A stretch of 60,824 bases of DNA, filler included, from Desulfonatronovibrionaceae bacterium (GTDB lineage: Bacteria > Desulfobacterota > Desulfovibrionia > Desulfovibrionales > Desulfonatronovibrionaceae), in the NCBI GenBank assembly GCA_046539845.1. It is 2 parts of 2 records of this genome, joined end to end, with 100 filler letters (N's around TTAATTAATTAA, not from the genome) between each part and the next. Parts side by side here need not be neighbours in the genome. Positions count along the whole stretch, not along the records: positions 30,788 to 60,824 come from JBKHGE010000027.1; 1 more part is not named here. The stretch is one strand, 5' to 3'. Position 1 is the first letter of the stretch; each line of letters opens with the position of its first letter. A program made the translations under genes and the position numbers. Below are positions 57,690 through 60,824 of the stretch, piece by piece. The notes beneath the pieces are model-generated. The model was not told the DNA's origin and ran no database searches. It saw only the letters and a program-made list of their open reading frames with translations.

Positions 57690-60224
57690 TCAGCCCGAGT
57701 TTTTCTGCAAGACCCGGAGCAATTCGCTCCCGTCCACCGGTTTAGAAATATAGTCGTCCATGCCCGCGGCCAGGAACTTTTCCCGATCCCCGCGCATGGC
57801 GTAGGCGGTCAAAGCGATAACCGGAATTTCCCGTAAATCGCCTTCTAGGGAGCGGACTTTTTTCGTGGCCTGCACCCCGTCCATGACCGGCATCTGGATA
57901 TCCATCAAAACGCAGTCAAACCCGTCGGAAAAAAGCTTTTTCAAGGCCTCTTCCCCGTTTTCCGCCACTTCAACTGTATACCCCTGCTTTTGCAGCACAC
58001 GGCGGATATGCAGAACCGTGCTCGGGTCGTCATCGACAAGCAGGATACGCCGACTCTTTTCATTTATTTGCGCCCGGCCCTCCTGCCCGGCTGCTTCTCG
58101 GGATTTTGCTTCTTTTTGCAGGGTCTTGAGCGGGAGTTTTACATACACCTCGGTTCCCCGGCCCTCTTCCGTATCCATGGACATAGAGCCGTGCATCAGC
58201 GAGACCAAACGCTTGACCAGGGCCAAACCCAGACCGGCGCCTTCATACGGCCGGGTAAACGGGGTTTCGGAATCGCTGCCCTGGATAAAAGGCTCGAATA
58301 TCCGGGAGATCTTTTCATCCGCTATTCCCGGGCCGTTATCCTGGACAACAAACAGGAAATCCGGACCGTTTTTACTGCTCAAGGCTGATACATGGATGTC
58401 GATTTTTCCGTTTTGGGTGTATTTGCAGGCGTTGCCCACCAGGTTGAAAAGTATCTGGGTCAGGCGCATGCTATCCCCGATCAGGGTCTTTGGCAGGCCT
58501 TGGTCCAGTTCAATATTCAGGGAATTATTGTTGGTTTTGGCCTGATGGGCAAAAATATCCTCAATGGATTGCAGGATATCCCGGAGATCAAACTGCTCCT
58601 CCCGGATATTCACTTTTTGGGCCTCAATCCGGGACAGATCCAGAATATCGGTCAGCAGACGATTCAGGCGCTTGGTGGACTTGTAGGCCATACACACGTA
58701 TTCGTCCTGCTCCGGATCCAGGTCAGTGGACTGCATGAGCTGGATCATGCCCAGAATGCCGTTTAAAGGGGTCCTTATCTCGTGACTCATATTGGCCAGA
58801 AACTCCGACTTGGCCCTGTTCGCTGCCTCCGCCCTGCTTGCCGCCTCTTGCGCCTTTTTCTCGCTCTCCATTAGCCTGTCTATGCTTCGGGCGTTGCGCA
58901 GGGCAATGGCCGCCAGATCCCCGAAGGCCTGGGCGGTATTCACATCTTCCTGGGTAAATCCCCCATCCTTGTTGGCCAGGCCGATAAGTCCCACGGTCTT
59001 TCCTTCCACTATCAGCGGGGCGAACATAACATTATTAAGACGCATGTGCCCGCGCGGCATATACTTCATCCACTTGCTGGAATGGAAATCATTGTCATAC
59101 ATGACCTTGTTCAGGTGATAGGCCTCGGCCCGCAAACCGCGTATGGGCATGGCCAGAGACGGGTCCACGGAGCAGGGGCGCCCCCCGGATTCCAGAAAAA
59201 GGACCTCGTTTTCCTCTCCGTCAGGGGTAAGCAGGGCCACGTATCCGGATGTGGCCCCTATAAGTGCGGACGCGCTGTCAAAGATATGCCGGGCCGCGCT
59301 CTGGAAATCCTCCATTTTAAGGACCACCTTGGCCGAGGCGAACATGGTCCGAAGCTTTTCCCGGTGGTAGTGCGAATCCTTGAGAGCTGCTTTCAACTTG
59401 TCCTCGGCCAGACTGCGCTCGGTAATATCCATAGCCAGGATGCTCGCCCCGGCAACCTCCCCCTGTTCGTCAAATACAGGATAGGCGGTCCTGTCCAGTA
59501 TCCTGTCCCCGGTCAAGACTCCGGGCCGACTTTCTTGCTTTTTGCTCTGCATCGCTTCCAGAGCCGGGCACTCAGGACACGGTTCACCCCTGTCGTACAG
59601 AAGCTCGTGGCATTTCCGGCCCACTATTTTCTTGGCCGAGACATTTATAATCTCCTCGCCCGCTCGATTGACCAAGTCTATGGTAAAATCAGAATCGATG
59701 CGCAGAACAATCTCATTCAGGCTGTTCAGTGTATCCTGAAATTCCCTTTTGCTGCGCAAAAGATCGGCTTCAGCCTCCTTGCGCCGGGTGATCTCCCGGG
59801 TGGTGATAACGGTATGGATGGACCCATCATCCAGAGGAAAACCCCGGCCCACCGACTCCAGCCAGATGTATCCGCGGCGGGGATGATGGTAGCGGTATTC
59901 CACCCGCTTCGGCCTGTCCGCGTTCAGGGCGGCTCGAAATATATTCAGGACCGTTTCCCGGTCCTGGGGATGAATGTGCTCAAAAATGTCCTGACCGACT
60001 ATCTCCCACCCCCGCTCAAAGTGCATCTCATAAGCCGGGGAGACATAAGTAATCCGGCCCTTGTGGTCGGTCATAAGGATGACGTCGCTGCTGTTCTCGG
60101 CAATAAACCGGAATCTGGACTCCTTTATACGGGCCTCGTCTCTCTCCCGTCTAGCAGAGGCAAGCTCCCGCTCCAGCCTCTCAATCTTTTGTTCCATTTC
60201 CTGGAACCCGGACTTGGATTTCAT
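57690..60224 (-). CDS. PAS-PAS-GAF hybrid histidine kinase with receiver domain
   Basis: PAS ends EITRRK and DITER; GAF (VMFAPL...GLANK...FTQED); [21 protein letters not shown] and LMDIQMP. Confidence 0.93.
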   Translation of the reverse strand: MKSKSGFQEMEQKIERLERELASARRERDEARIKESRFRFIAENSSDVILMTDHKGRITYVSPAYEMHFERGWEIVGQDIFEHIHPQDRETVLNIFRAALNADRPKRVEYRYHHPRRGYIWLESVGRGFPLDDGSIHTVITTREITRRKEAEADLLRSKREFQDTLNSLNEIVLRIDSDFTIDLVNRAGEEIINVSAKKIVGRKCHELLYDRGEPCPECPALEAMQSKKQESRPGVLTGDRILDRTAYPVFDEQGEVAGASILAMDITERSLAEDKLKAALKDSHYHREKLRTMFASAKVVLKMEDFQSAARHIFDSASALIGATSGYVALLTPDGEENEVLFLESGGRPCSVDPSLAMPIRGLRAEAYHLNKVMYDNDFHSSKWMKYMPRGHMRLNNVMFAPLIVEGKTVGLIGLANKDGGFTQEDVNTAQAFGDLAAIALRNARSIDRLMESEKKAQEAASRAEAANRAKSEFLANMSHEIRTPLNGILGMIQLMQSTDLDPEQDEYVCMAYKSTKRLNRLLTDILDLSRIEAQKVNIREEQFDLRDILQSIEDIFAHQAKTNNNSLNIELDQGLPKTLIGDSMRLTQILFNLVGNACKYTQNGKIDIHVSALSSKNGPDFLFVVQDNGPGIADEKISRIFEPFIQGSDSETPFTRPYEGAGLGLALVKRLVSLMHGSMSMDTEEGRGTEVYVKLPLKTLQKEAKSREAAGQEGRAQINEKSRRILLVDDDPSTVLHIRRVLQKQGYTVEVAENGEEALKKLFSDGFDCVLMDIQMPVMDGVQATKKVRSLEGDLREIPVIALTAYAMRGDREKFLAAGMDDYISKPVDGSELLRVLQKNSG

Positions 60225-60824
60225 ATATATTCCTTTCAAAAAAGGGGGAATCAGCCAGCCAGGCTAAAGAACAGGGTCAAAATTTACACTATGGGCAGAA
60301 GATATTTTCCCTGGATATTCAGTTTGCAGCAGCCAATGGATTTCCTGGCACTCTCTTGGCACATCAGCGGGGGAAGTGAAATAATCATAGCTTAAACTAG
60401 CCAGCTTAGACAAAAAAAGTCAATCAATTTTTAAATGAACGCCGGGAGGCAAAGTGCATGAGGCGGATAAACCGGCAAAAATTTGCAAAACTGGAGGGGA
60501 CGGATTCGGGATCGCTTGTTTTTTGCGCTATCTATTGACTTCACTTGGGAGATAAGGAAAATAACAATGAGCTTAAATCTGATTCAGCTAATAGGGGCAG
60601 GATATGGTTGACGGCAGGGATTTAGTCCCGGATAGACAGGATGCCGAGCCCGCCCAATCCACCAGCACATCCTTTGCGATTTCCTGCCCCCTAAATGCAA
60701 GCGAGCATTTGCATGTCAAACAAGTCCCCTTCGGATTCCGGCAGCCGGTTTGAATCAATCAGTCCCCAAGAGTGTTTTGACATACTAATGAATGTCCCTG
60801 TCGGAGTTTACAGATCAACTCCGG

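Noticed and set aside
49297..60224. The two hybrid kinases as a recent duplication
   Set aside because: Similarity is confined to conserved HisKA/HATPase/REC motifs and the sensor regions differ; ordinary paralogues
60590..60695. TAGGGGCAGGA / TCCTGCCCCCTA long-range inverted repeat as an ncRNA
   Set aside because: Only the outer stem pairs, no family features are recognisable, and context is cut by the window end

Overview
Chromosomal window (moderately GC-rich) from a sulfate-reducing Desulfovibrionales-like bacterium, judged from gene content. It is two contigs joined by an artificial 100-nt spacer (N44-TTAATTAATTAA-N44, 30688-30787), so the halves need not be neighbours. Left half: 3' end of tRNA-Sec; argF-argG-argH; DUF362, AhpD and FadL genes; a TrkA/USP + CPA2 antiporter pair; an aspD-aspT-asparaginase module; amtB-glnK; the aromatic supraoperon aroA'-aroB'-pheA-aroA-tyrA-trpEGDCFBA; glnA. 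Right half: a Met-rich periplasmic protein and a SHOCT protein; nrdJ with a LAGLIDADG intein, followed by HK-RR(TPR)-ftsEX-hlyIII; phosphoesterase/Ser-Thr kinase/glycerate kinase; hicAB plus a broken DUF4258 pair; an ArsR/Cys-rich miniprotein/TauE locus; an ABC exporter; two PAS hybrid kinases. The most striking result is an apparent two-tier attenuation system on the aromatic operon. Tier 1 is an unannotated 29-aa leader peptide with a Phe/Trp/Tyr run (FNYSFFWYFYF) ahead of a terminator/antiterminator. Tier 2 lies between tyrA and trpE, where the sensing element is the C-terminus of TyrA itself: all four of its Trp codons form one WWWW run just upstream of a clear antiterminator/terminator pair. 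Protein calls come from motif recognition and RNA structures were paired by eye; no searches or folding programs were run.
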